Counted from the first letter of the stretch, positions 1 to 8,523 are shown. The stretch is DNA of 64,000 bases from Pirellulales bacterium (GCA_035531595.1 DATKSN010000233.1:4414-68413), one strand, 5' to 3'. The notes: a model not told the origin generated them from the letters alone. Made by a program: numbers and translations.

Positions 1-980
1 ACGAAGCTGTCCGGCCAACTCCGCACAAACCGCCGGCCCCCAACGCCGAGCGACGCAGCAACTCCTTCGATGTCGACAGCCGGCAGATTTTGAAGGACCG
101 TGCGAAGTCGCTGAAAATGGGCGCGTTGGAACGGTACATCTCGCGCCGCAGACGTCCGTTGCCAATTCGCTGGATTGTCCCCCGTCAACAGGAAGTACGC
201 CAATGAGCTCCAGGCGAACAGGTCGCAGCGCTCGTCGACACGGCCGCCAGCGGCACGCACTTCGGGTGGGAAAAACCCCTCGGCATATCGTTCCGGCGGG
301 AACATCACCCGCCAGGCGCCGTCGCTTCGACCGTTGACGATGTTCTCGGAAGCGACGTAGTGCGGGCCGTCCATTTCGTCAACCCAGATCGCCGCCGGGA
401 AAGGGCCGTTCAACACGAGTCCTTTTCCATGCATCTGTTGCATAAATTGCAGAAGCCGAGCAAGCAATTGCAATACTCGGCGCGGCGACGGCTGCACGAC
501 CCTCTTCCAGGTTGCCAAGTCTTGTCCGTGGATCTTCTCGAACACCAGCACAGGCTCCTTGTCGATGAGCCGGCCGGAGCGGGGGAAGGAAAATTGGTCC
601 TGATCGTTTCGCAGCCTCAAGACGTCGAGGGGCTCCGGCAACAGGTTTGTCTCGCGGATCCCGAGGACACTTTTTGCCTCGAAGCGCGATTGTTCGCGGC
701 GCAGGTTGACGTACTCCCTGTCGTCGCATCGCGTGTAAACGATGGACTTCAACAATACGTCGAGGCATTCGTCTAAATCGGCTTCTTCCGGCCGCCCTTC
801 TTCGAACTTGAAGTTGCGGAAGATCTTCTTGCCAGTGTAAAGGCCGTGCCAGGGCGTTTCGGCGATCGTGCCCGTCACCGTGTAGATCGGCTGATTGCCC
901 GAAACAACCCCGTCAGGACTGTCAGAGATTCCTTCAACGCGCAAATGGTCGTGCAGGCGCGCGCCAGGCGTTAGTTTCAC
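1..980 (-). CDS. Kinase-fold protein with degenerate catalytic motifs (pseudokinase-like); C-terminus lies beyond the left edge
   Basis: It is absent from the ORF track because it runs off the window. My reverse-strand translation starts at GTG 980-978, with GGAGG 5 nt upstream and 2 nt after the TGA of the upstream kinase gene. It stays open to nt 1: VKLTPGARLHDHLRVEG...LLQFMQQMHGKGLVLNGPFPAAIWVDE...FPPEV...RCDLFAWSSLAYFLLTGDNP. The kinase C-lobe pattern is present (APE-like FPPE, subdomain-IX-like DLFAWSSLAYFLLTG). No HRD/DxKxxN loop or DFG aspartate is seen. Confidence 0.6.
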   Translation of the reverse strand, partial: MKLTPGARLHDHLRVEGISDSPDGVVSGNQPIYTVTGTIAETPWHGLYTGKKIFRNFKFEEGRPEEADLDECLDVLLKSIVYTRCDDREYVNLRREQSRFEAKSVLGIRETNLLPEPLDVLRLRNDQDQFSFPRSGRLIDKEPVLVFEKIHGQDLATWKRVVQPSPRRVLQLLARLLQFMQQMHGKGLVLNGPFPAAIWVDEMDGPHYVASENIVNGRSDGAWRVMFPPERYAEGFFPPEVRAAGGRVDERCDLFAWSSLAYFLLTGDNPANWQRTSAARDVPFQRAHFQRLRTVLQNLPAVDIEGVAASLGVGGRRFVRSWPDSF

Positions 981-982
981 GG

Positions 983-2077
983 TCACCTCCGCAATCGCTC
1001 GATTTCGTCATACAGTGCCTGCCCGTCACGCGGCCGCGCAGCAGGCGACCCCTCGAGGCAACGTTGGACGAAGTCATAGGTGCTTTGGCCGCATTTTCCT
1101 TTGAGCAGGTCCCAATTCCATCGGTCGGGCGGAACAGCTTTTGGCCCCGCGTCTCCGAGCCTTGACTGCATGAACTCCGCCGGCTCAACGCCCGTCAGCA
1201 TGTGGTACACGGTGCTGCCAAAAGCGTAGGAGTCGACTGCCGCGGTCCAGCGGAGTCCATCCTTGTCGGTGTCGCATTCCGGCGCGCCGTACCCCGACGT
1301 TCTGGCGCCGAGGGCCCTCGGGTTGCCATTGATTCGTAGAAAGCAACCGCCCATGTCGACAACGACCGCTTGGTCGTGTGGCCCGACAAGAATGTTCTCT
1401 GGTTTCAAATCCTGGTATATTATCTGCCAACGGGCAGCGTTGCGCATTGTGAATGGCCTGTGCAACACACGCAAGACATTGCTGACTTGTTGCATTATGA
1501 GCAATGCCCTTTCCTCGGAGACGCCATGCGAGCATTCTTTCTTAAGGAGATCAGCGACCGTTCTGCCGGTAATGTGCTCCATCACGAGGTACGGCTCGGA
1601 GGAAAGCATCGACTCGTCGTCGTACTTCCAGGCAGACCCACCTACGTCAATATGAGGTCCCTCAAGACTCGGGTTCCAATCGAAGACGTAATCATTGGGG
1701 TTGGGCACCGCATTGCAACCTTCGTTCTTGAGCAGCACAAGGATACGTCGCTCGATCTGAAGCTGCTGTCGTGGCCCCTTGAGTTTCCGCGCGACATTCT
1801 CGCGGTCGCGCCCTTTCATTTCAAACGCGACGTCGTAACGAAGCGTTGTCTTGATCAAAACCTCGGCCCCGGTTTGGAGATCGAGCCCGTTCAGCAATAG
1901 ACCACAGCCTCCCGACTTAAAAAACGATTTGACCTCGTATCGCTCTGCGACGCGCTTAGCCACGGTATATTTTTGGCCCTCGTTCGCGCCGCGCGGAACC
2001 TTGGCTTCAACAAACCGGCGGTTTCGGTAGTCGAATTCCCGCCAATCGCTCAACTCTTGGCTTGAACGTCGTGCCAT
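983..2077 (-). CDS. Hanks-type Ser/Thr protein kinase, catalytic residues retained
   Basis: The track ORF 983..2083 starts at TTG; I prefer the ATG at 2077. Motifs: G-loop SGGCGLL, AEVLIK lysine, catalytic loop IYQDLKPENIL, DMG (DFG equivalent), GYGAPE, DSYAFGSTVYHMLTG. Confidence 0.85.
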   Translation of the reverse strand: MARRSSQELSDWREFDYRNRRFVEAKVPRGANEGQKYTVAKRVAERYEVKSFFKSGGCGLLLNGLDLQTGAEVLIKTTLRYDVAFEMKGRDRENVARKLKGPRQQLQIERRILVLLKNEGCNAVPNPNDYVFDWNPSLEGPHIDVGGSAWKYDDESMLSSEPYLVMEHITGRTVADLLKKECSHGVSEERALLIMQQVSNVLRVLHRPFTMRNAARWQIIYQDLKPENILVGPHDQAVVVDMGGCFLRINGNPRALGARTSGYGAPECDTDKDGLRWTAAVDSYAFGSTVYHMLTGVEPAEFMQSRLGDAGPKAVPPDRWNWDLLKGKCGQSTYDFVQRCLEGSPAARPRDGQALYDEIERLRR

Positions 2078-2128
2078 ACGCAAGCGTCGTTCTAAATCGA
2101 AGGAGGAGCGGAGAATTCTCTGAACGAC

Positions 2129-2923
2129 TTATTTCATAATTTCAAATTTGATCCGCACGATTCCTCCAAGGACGAGTCGGCTCCCATCGATCAAAGGATA
2201 ATCAACAAGGTCAGCGGCCAGTACGCGTTCGAACTGAGTACCCGTATTCTTGGCCAACGGCCGAAGGACGAAGCTTTGGGATTCCCTTGATCGCAATACA
2301 ATGGCGTGCTTTCGGGAGATCCGACGGGCCTCCTCCGGCGCAACGAGTTCTGCGAGGTCAAGATCCGGGAAATCGCCGCGTACCGGATCACTGCGCCCGA
2401 TCATCACTACATCCTTGTTCAAGACGTGGTAGCAAAGTGGTTGCCGATCCTTGGAATACACAACGAGGCACGGGCTGCCAGCCGGAGGCCGCTGCGCTAG
2501 AGCTGGCGCGACGGCCGGCGGATTAGCCGGAATTGGCGGATTGCTCGACGCGAGATCCCGCGCCTGCAGTTCAGCGCCACAAACGCAGAAGCTGTCGGCG
2601 TATTCCGACCCATAAGTCATGTCGCAGTCAGGGCACACACGGCTCCCGCTCGCAGCACCGGCCCGCGGCCCCTCTTCCGCTGACACCGACTGCGGCGAAA
2701 CAGCACTTGACGAATCAGCCGGATCCAACGCGGCGTCAAAGGGGCCTTCCGCAGGGCTTGCCGGAACGGTTGTGCTGTTGGCTTCGTTGGAGATTGACGT
2801 GCCGCACAACGAACAGGATTTCGATTCCGCGGCATGAGGCTCGCCGCAGACTACGCACGCCAGAGCTGCCATGGGGATCACTTTGGGTTGAAAGTTCGCG
2901 TTCGACGAGGTGTCGAGCTTCAA
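2129..2923 (-). CDS. FHA-domain protein with two N-terminal Cys4 zinc ribbons
   Basis: CVVCG..CSLCG and CPDCD..CVCG ribbons are followed by a Pro/Ala linker and a C-terminal FHA domain (VVMIGRS...ISRKHAIVLRS...NTGTQF). The TTG start at 2923 overlaps the vWA stop (TTGA). ATG 2872 is an alternative start. Confidence 0.8.
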   Translation of the reverse strand: MKLDTSSNANFQPKVIPMAALACVVCGEPHAAESKSCSLCGTSISNEANSTTVPASPAEGPFDAALDPADSSSAVSPQSVSAEEGPRAGAASGSRVCPDCDMTYGSEYADSFCVCGAELQARDLASSNPPIPANPPAVAPALAQRPPAGSPCLVVYSKDRQPLCYHVLNKDVVMIGRSDPVRGDFPDLDLAELVAPEEARRISRKHAIVLRSRESQSFVLRPLAKNTGTQFERVLAADLVDYPLIDGSRLVLGGIVRIKFEIMK

Positions 2924-4335
2924 AAATCATCGATGTCAACGACGCCGACGGCTTCTTCCACCTTGGACGACGCGGCCAACGACCGATTGAGCATTTCTTG
3001 CGAGATCGTTCCCTTTGCCAGGAACTCGTCGCGCATTTTGCGATAGGAATTGGCATTCGCCTGGTCAGAGAAGTCTTCGTATTTCCCGATCAGGAGGTCA
3101 ATCAACTTGGCCACCGCCGTCCTGTCCTTCTCGGTCCCTCGCCCGGCATTGAGTGCATCTATTTTACTCTGCAGGAACAAGACCTGGCGTTGGACTTCCG
3201 CTTGGGCGATGACGCGACGAACTTCACCGATTCGCAGCATCGCGCGCTCAGCGTCAACGGTATATTCCACCGCAATGTTCGCTTCGGACTTCTGTTGAGT
3301 GACATCCAACGCGGGGATATCGTAAGTCAACGTCGCCTTTGCAATCCGGAAACGGCGGCCCGCCTCCCGCGCCGGCAACGTTGTCTGAAATAGAAACTCG
3401 TATGAAGAACCTTTCTCCATGTATTCGATAGGCAGCACGATGCAGTTGCTGGCGTCAGGGCTCATGGAGCCAACGTAAAGCACCTCGGGCTTCGTGCGAT
3501 ATAGTTCGCGCACGAAGAGTTCAGGGGAGAGCCAGAGGGAAAGAGTCACGTTCGTCGCAAGAATGTTCTTCTGGGCTTGAAGCACGGCGCCGAGATCCCG
3601 CTCGGCGTCCGTGTCGTCCTTGATATGGCTGAACTTTCCCCCCATCGTGGTTTTGCAGATCTCGGTCAGAAATTCGCCGCGACAATCGCCCGTTCCGAAC
3701 GCATGGATCGGGACATGATGTTCCTCTGCCAGAACACGCGCCTGTGCGACAGCAAACTCGGGCTCTTGATCCTCTCCGTCGGTGAGCACAACAACTTTTG
3801 ACGTTCCGTTCGCGATCGGCGCCGCGCCGAGGGCGTTGATTGCCGCTTGAAACCCACGCCCCATCGATGTTCCTCCGCCCCCCGCATTCGAGAGCTCAGC
3901 CACCGCAGTTTTGAGGTCGCGCGCGTCGGCGCCCGAGACGCAACTCGCCAATGGGTAAGCAAGATGGTCGAATGCGATGAGCGTCATGCGGTCGCTCGCA
4001 TTGATCTGCGCCGCCAATCGCTCGACCACTTGTTGGGCTACTTCGCGACGGGTGGGCACCGACGACTCAACGAATGTGACGTCTCGCCCGTCCGAGGTTC
4101 CCCGCGAAACCACGCGCGCGTTCGGGTCGTCGCGAATGAGCGAATTCATTGAACCGCTCACGTCGACGACCACGACGAGATGCGCCGGTAACGGGGTGGC
4201 TGTCGTCGTTTCCAGCAACGGGCCAAGCTTGGCGATGTTCGGCCTGATCGTGACAAGGGCGTACAAGTCCTCGGACTTGCCGGCGAGCACGTGCGGTTGG
4301 TCGACCTTGCAGTCGAGAATGAATTCTTCAGCCAT
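2920..4335 (-). CDS. von Willebrand factor A (vWA) domain protein with intact MIDAS, long helical C-terminal extension
   Basis: MIDAS motifs: VVVVDVSGSMN (DxSxS), GGGTSMG, VVVLTDGEDQ. The start was moved to ATG 4335 (MAEEFILDC), 2 nt after the PP2C gene stop. The track ORF begins at 4392, inside the upstream gene. Confidence 0.85.
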   Translation of the reverse strand: MAEEFILDCKVDQPHVLAGKSEDLYALVTIRPNIAKLGPLLETTTATPLPAHLVVVVDVSGSMNSLIRDDPNARVVSRGTSDGRDVTFVESSVPTRREVAQQVVERLAAQINASDRMTLIAFDHLAYPLASCVSGADARDLKTAVAELSNAGGGGTSMGRGFQAAINALGAAPIANGTSKVVVLTDGEDQEPEFAVAQARVLAEEHHVPIHAFGTGDCRGEFLTEICKTTMGGKFSHIKDDTDAERDLGAVLQAQKNILATNVTLSLWLSPELFVRELYRTKPEVLYVGSMSPDASNCIVLPIEYMEKGSSYEFLFQTTLPAREAGRRFRIAKATLTYDIPALDVTQQKSEANIAVEYTVDAERAMLRIGEVRRVIAQAEVQRQVLFLQSKIDALNAGRGTEKDRTAVAKLIDLLIGKYEDFSDQANANSYRKMRDEFLAKGTISQEMLNRSLAASSKVEEAVGVVDIDDF

Positions 4336-4337
4336 AA

Positions 4338-6311
4338 TCAGCCGTTCTCCTTCGTTGGTGGCGGATCGCCAATGACCTTGATGACCGCGCACGTGATATT
4401 GTCGCCGAAGCCATTCGGCTCCGCAACCGATGGCAATCGCTGAAGCGCATCCGCGGCGTCGACAAGCCGTTCAGCGATCGCTTGAGCAGAAAGGCACCTG
4501 CAGTCGCGGACGATCGCCGCGACCTCGTCCGGTCCGAGGAATACGCCCTCTTCGACCAGACCGTCCGTGCAAAGCACGAGCACATCACCTGGGCGAAGAG
4601 GCCAATGGGCAATCTGCGGCGTCGATCTCTCAACGTCGGTCGCCGTGGCTCCGTTCGGGTCGCGGCGGCAGGCCCCCAGGCAGCAGCGCAATGATTTCGC
4701 CTCAACACCCATGTCTCGGACGTGTTCAGGGGGCGTTGGCGCCGCCAGAGTCGTCGAGCGAACATCGCCGTCCACCGTGAGTTGTTCCGCCAGAGGCCCT
4801 TCGATCAGGTATGCCCGACTGTCTCCGGCGTTTGCAATGTGCAGGACGTTGCCATGTAGCAAACCGACAACGGCTGTAGTGCTCATTACGTCGGACTCGC
4901 GAAAGTCCGGGGGTAGTTGGCCTTGGTCGATGGCCGTTCGGACGATTTCCGTCCCTGCTTCAACAAAGCACCGCGAAAGCGACGCGGCGATGGTGGCTCG
5001 CGTAGATAGGTCCAACTCAGAACTCGCGGTTTTTGCCAGTGCGTCGCAGGCAATGCGGCTGGCCCTCTCGCCGCTCCCGATACGAGCAGTGCTGACGCCG
5101 TCGAGCACACATACAAGCGCCGCCGGCGCCTCGAATGGACGTTCGATCGCTTCGGAGGGCAAAGCACGCCGTACTGTTCTCGAAATCAGCCTGAACCCGT
5201 CGGCGCATCGGTTGAGGGCCGTGACGATACGCCGCGCAATGCCTTGAGTCGCGACCGCATGGGGGCGCCCACTTACCGGGACCGTGAAGACGGCGAATTG
5301 GTCTTGGTTCGCAGACCCCATTGCCGTCTTCGCGCGGCCGGCGCGCGTCAAGCCACCGATTTCGTGCCGAACCTTTGCACTTACGACGTACCGGACCCCA
5401 GCGCGCCAGACTGCCGCCTCGAGGTCGGCCAAAAAATCCTGCGTTGACGGAAATCGTGACTTCGGATCTACCCGAAGTCCGCGTTCCACCACCGGAGCGA
5501 TGCCGGGTGGCAAATTGGGCTTATAAATCCTGAGCGGCGGAAACTCGAAATCGAACGCTTCCAGGCCTCGACCTGGAAAACCACTCGGCAGCAGGCCCGC
5601 CAGCCAATAGTAGGCATACATGCTCATGTGGAATACATCGGTCGCCGACGTGATTTGATCGCCGCGAAATCGGCATACCTCAGGTGGAGAATAGCGCGGG
5701 GATATGCGGATCGACGCCGGGCATTCGTATGCCTTGTAAACCGCCAAATCGAGGTTGGTGACTCGAATGCAATCGCCTGCATCCTCGAGCTGCTCCGGGT
5801 CGAAGTTCAGCCAAACGAGGTCGCGGTCGTGCAACGGCTTCAACACCGAGTGCAGTGTTCGACAGGCATCGACGAGGGCGGCCACGCTCGAAACCCATTC
5901 GCGCCAAGCGGGGTCGCTCCCGTGGCCGTTCAACGTAAATGGCCCTCCCTGCCCCGCCTCGGCAAGCACGATCGCCCCTGCGTTGACGGGAACGACTTTG
6001 ATTCGTGGCAAGATGGGAAGTTCGACTTGTGACCGTTGCTCGACCATCGGCTGGAACTCGGCCCAACGCTTCGAGTTCAAACCGTGAGCGCGGTGCGTTC
6101 GGCCATCCGAGGAAGTCACCACGAGACCTTGAAATGGGTCAGAGGGCCAAGAGCCGCCCCAGCCGGCACAATCGACGGATTCGCCGCCTTCCAATTCAAG
6201 CGAGTTTGGCGGCGCGTCGTTGGCCGCGAAAATCTCGTCTAGCTCCGAGTTGCAGTGATCGCAAAACTCGGAGTCCAACGATTCGAGGTCGCAGGCTGGG
6301 CACTTGACCAT
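4338..6311 (-). CDS. Zinc ribbon + degenerate kinase-like domain + PP2C Ser/Thr phosphatase fusion
   Basis: Start chosen at ATG 6311 (MVKCPACDLESLDSEFCDHC, a zinc ribbon). The middle region is kinase-like: LHDRDLVWLNFDPEQL, VTNLDLAV, YSPPEV, ATDVFHMSMYAYYWLAG. The C-terminal PP2C motifs are VLDGVSTARIGSGERAS, NAGDSRAYL, LVLCTDGLVE and DNITCAVIKV. Confidence 0.8.
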   Translation of the reverse strand: MVKCPACDLESLDSEFCDHCNSELDEIFAANDAPPNSLELEGGESVDCAGWGGSWPSDPFQGLVVTSSDGRTHRAHGLNSKRWAEFQPMVEQRSQVELPILPRIKVVPVNAGAIVLAEAGQGGPFTLNGHGSDPAWREWVSSVAALVDACRTLHSVLKPLHDRDLVWLNFDPEQLEDAGDCIRVTNLDLAVYKAYECPASIRISPRYSPPEVCRFRGDQITSATDVFHMSMYAYYWLAGLLPSGFPGRGLEAFDFEFPPLRIYKPNLPPGIAPVVERGLRVDPKSRFPSTQDFLADLEAAVWRAGVRYVVSAKVRHEIGGLTRAGRAKTAMGSANQDQFAVFTVPVSGRPHAVATQGIARRIVTALNRCADGFRLISRTVRRALPSEAIERPFEAPAALVCVLDGVSTARIGSGERASRIACDALAKTASSELDLSTRATIAASLSRCFVEAGTEIVRTAIDQGQLPPDFRESDVMSTTAVVGLLHGNVLHIANAGDSRAYLIEGPLAEQLTVDGDVRSTTLAAPTPPEHVRDMGVEAKSLRCCLGACRRDPNGATATDVERSTPQIAHWPLRPGDVLVLCTDGLVEEGVFLGPDEVAAIVRDCRCLSAQAIAERLVDAADALQRLPSVAEPNGFGDNITCAVIKVIGDPPPTKENG

Positions 6312-6760
6312 ATGTATAACGCTGAAAACTGGCGGCGTTGAGTCGTCCTGATTAGTCCACGATGCCACGTCCGAAGTCAATGTAGCAAAGAAAAAACGCA
6401 CACGCAAAAGAGAAACCAGATTCCGTTTTGGCCCAGGGCGCCCTATCCACCGCTGCGCAGCCGTTTCGAGCCGACGACCCAACGGATTTCAATCGCCGCC
6501 GCATCGCGCTATTCCGAGGCCGCGAAATACGCTCAACGGGGCGGCGCGTTTCATCGATCGAAACAGCGGGGGCGTCGGACCCGGGCATAAGTATATATGC
6601 CCCGTACCCGGAAGCTAGTGGGCGAGTGAAAAAGAATGGCTGAGCGCGGTGTCGGCCAACACGCCGCCCCCACGCCGGATTAAGACACCCAGGCATTTGC
6701 CGCAAACGCCGTGGACCGCAAGGCTCGTCTGGGAAATGGGTTAGCTGAATCCAGCGTGTC

Positions 6761-6784
6761 TTGAATTCGACGTTGAATTCGACG
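6761..6784. repeat. 12-bp tandem direct repeat ttgaattcgacg x2
   Basis: Read directly from the sequence. It lies about 20 bp beyond the stop of the truncated HTH ORF. Function unknown; it could be an operator or iteron. Confidence 0.5.
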
Positions 6785-6804
6785 TATTGACTTGGCGGTG
6801 CGGA

Positions 6805-6975
6805 TCAGCCCGTCCGCCTGCGTTTCGCGGCGGGGTCGTCGACCAGCTTGACCACGACCCGCTTGCCGAGACCATTGGCCAGCGAGAGCAACGTCAACAG
6901 CGTCGGGTTCGAGGCAACGCCGTTTTCGAGACGACTGATCGCGGCCTTGTCCGTTCCGGCACGTGGCGCCGGCAT
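6805..6975 (-). pseudogene. 5'-truncated XRE/Cro-type helix-turn-helix gene remnant (56 codons)
   Basis: Below the ORF-track size cutoff. My translation: MPAPRAGTDKAAISRLENGVASNPTLLTLLSLANGLGKRVVVKLVDDPAAKRRRTG. This matches the recognition-helix half of XRE HTH domains (..ISRLENG..P.L.TL..LA.aLG). The first helices are missing. Confidence 0.4.
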
Positions 6976-6987
6976 CACGATTGTTGA

Positions 6988-7001
6988 TTATTGTACAATA
7001 A
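6988..7001. promoter_or_regulatory. Perfect 14-bp palindrome TTATTGTACAATAA upstream of the HTH remnant (possible operator)
   Basis: AT-rich perfect palindrome in GC-rich surroundings, 13 nt upstream of the remnant's ATG on the minus strand. Confidence 0.35.
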
Positions 7002-7102
7002 CCGCCGAGAAAATCCATATTGGCGCCGGCCTCCCCGCACGGCGACGCAGGTGAGGAGCTGACGGTTGATCCGATGCCCTGAAACCGGTGCGGCCTGGCA
7101 AT

Positions 7103-7255
7103 GTAGTAGGCACACTCCGTGTGCCGTAACCTCCGGCGAGTCGACGTCGCGACCGCATCAATCACGGCCTTCGCCGCGCTCCTGCGTGTGCCGCAACCTC
7201 CGGCGAGTCGACGTCGGCGGGCGGAAAGCTACGGCACACGGAGTGTGCCTGCTAC
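7103..7255. repeat. Long-range inverted repeat (26 nt arms, 1 mismatch) enclosing about 100 bp
   Basis: Arm 7103-7128 (gtagtaggcacactccgtgtgccgta) is complementary to arm 7230-7255 (tacggcacacggagtgtgcctgctac). Each arm also contains a 7-bp mini-hairpin (ggcacac/gtgtgcc). Confidence 0.8.
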
Positions 7256-7274
7256 TTTGGGCTACTGCCCGACG
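7146..7274 (+). repeat. Direct repeat X (left copy) flanking the vapBC block
   Basis: About 129 bp. It is near-identical to 8856-8983 apart from a short divergent patch (ccgcgctcctgcgtgtgccgcaacc versus ccgcacctcccctgtgccgtaacc). Confidence 0.85.
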
Positions 7275-7318
7275 CCGCGATTCGCGCGGCGGGCCACGTT
7301 TCGGCCAGCGCAGCCCTA

Positions 7319-7524
7319 CCTTGCGATTCGTCGGACCCAATCCTGTGAATCCCGTCAATCCTGTCGAAGAAAAGCATTCGAGGTGAGTTTCAGGATGGAG
7401 CGCAGCCGCGAGGTCGACCGCGATGAGCGCATCGAATTCAAAAAGCGGCTAGGAAGGCGGGCACATCGGCGGACGCCATCAACTCCGGGTTAACGGTCAT
7501 CAGGCCTTCCGCCTGGGCGGCACG
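7319..7524 (+). repeat. Direct repeat Y (copy 1): vapC 3' end plus about 120 bp downstream
   Basis: About 206 bp, matched at high identity by 8647-8853. It includes the atcctgtgaatcccgtcaatcctgtc motif and the last 28 codons of vapC. Confidence 0.85.
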
Positions 7525-7935
7525 GAGCAGCCGCTGATCAGCGGCGACCAAGATAAAGGTAGTCGTAACAGGTTGCGATCGAGCGAAACCCATGAACGAC
7601 ATGAGGATCGAGGCATCCGCGGAGTTGAGGTTGTGACGATCGATCAAGTCGATTCCGTCAAGCATGTCGCCGAACTCAATGGCCAAGACGCCGAAATCCG
7701 CGTCGTCAATGACTTCGGCGCGTAACGCTGAGCGAGCCACCGAGAAGGTAGCTGCGTCGAGCGCGCCTCCGTTGCGCTTGCGGACCAGGGCGCCACAAGT
7801 CTCCGAATAACTCAGGACGGTCGTGATCATCTGCGCGCGAGAAGCGGCCGCGAAAAGTGCGTTGACGGTCTGGTGCCCGATCTCGGGTGCATAACGTTGC
7901 GCCAGCGCACTCGCATCCCAGAGAAGGAAAACCAC
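7438..7935 (-). CDS. vapC: PIN-domain ribonuclease toxin (VapC-like)
   Basis: GTG start. The acidic residues are in PIN-like spacing: LLWDASAL, SYSET, NSADASIL, VAADQRL. A small upstream partner gene lies 6 nt away. Confidence 0.75.
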   Translation of the reverse strand: MVFLLWDASALAQRYAPEIGHQTVNALFAAASRAQMITTVLSYSETCGALVRKRNGGALDAATFSVARSALRAEVIDDADFGVLAIEFGDMLDGIDLIDRHNLNSADASILMSFMGFARSQPVTTTFILVAADQRLLRAAQAEGLMTVNPELMASADVPAFLAAF

Positions 7936-7941
7936 GGGCTG

Positions 7942-8160
7942 CTACTCCTCGCCATGCTCGCGGCGCATGCGGATGATATCAGCCGAAAGGAAGCGATCCG
8001 CCGGCCGGATGCCTCGCGCCAGCATCATGGCTTGGGCCTTTTCCGCCGTTGCCGTGGGATCGATGACAAAACCCATGCGGTCGTCCAAATCCGCAACGGC
8101 TTTTTGAAGCGCGCGTTTGTCTAGCAGTTTGCTTGCCGGTTGAACCGGGGAGATGGCCAT
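7942..8160 (-). CDS. vapB: Putative VapB-type antitoxin
   Basis: Small ORF immediately upstream of the PIN gene. I prefer the start at ATG 8160 (MAISPVQPASKLLDKRALQ) over the track start at 8184. Assigned by position only. Confidence 0.55.
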   Translation of the reverse strand: MAISPVQPASKLLDKRALQKAVADLDDRMGFVIDPTATAEKAQAMMLARGIRPADRFLSADIIRMRREHGEE

Positions 8161-8229
8161 AGACGTACTCCTGTGCGCGATCAACGTCCCACTTACCCTA
8201 TTGCAATTCTGGCCAAGACCATCGATCAG

Positions 8230-8523
8230 GTCAATGGCGAAGCCGTCGCCACAACTCCCCTACCGGTTTTCGGATTGTTCGTGGCGACGGGCATCGCATT
8301 CCTGGCGTTTTTCATCCGGCCCACCGACCTCGACCTGCGGTTCGGCCTGGGGGTGGGGGCGATTTTCGCCGCTGTGGCGAGCCAGTACGTCGTCAGTTCG
8401 TCGTTGGCCGCCACCCATGTGCTGACGATGGCCGACTTCCTGCATATCCTGGCGTTCGTGTTCATTTTCCTCTCGCTCGTCGAATCGACCGTTTCGCCGC
8501 ACCTCTACACCACCGGTGGGTGA
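8230..8523 (+). pseudogene. Fragment resembling the M1-M3 transmembrane region of a pentameric ligand-gated ion channel
   Basis: LPVFGLFVATGIAFLAFFIRPTDLDLRFGLGVGAIFAAVASQYVVSSSLAATHVLTMADFLHILAFVFIFLSLVESTV fits the pLGIC pattern (R..lg.t......P....T..D.f.......f..l.e..v). There is no extracellular domain, no M4 and no credible start. The upstream part would overlap vapB. Confidence 0.35.

Noticed and set aside
1-6311. The kinase/PP2C/FHA genes considered as the T6SS threonine-phosphorylation pathway.
   Set aside because: No T6SS structural genes (TssB/C, Hcp, VgrG, TssM) occur anywhere in the window. The analogy holds only at the level of domain logic.
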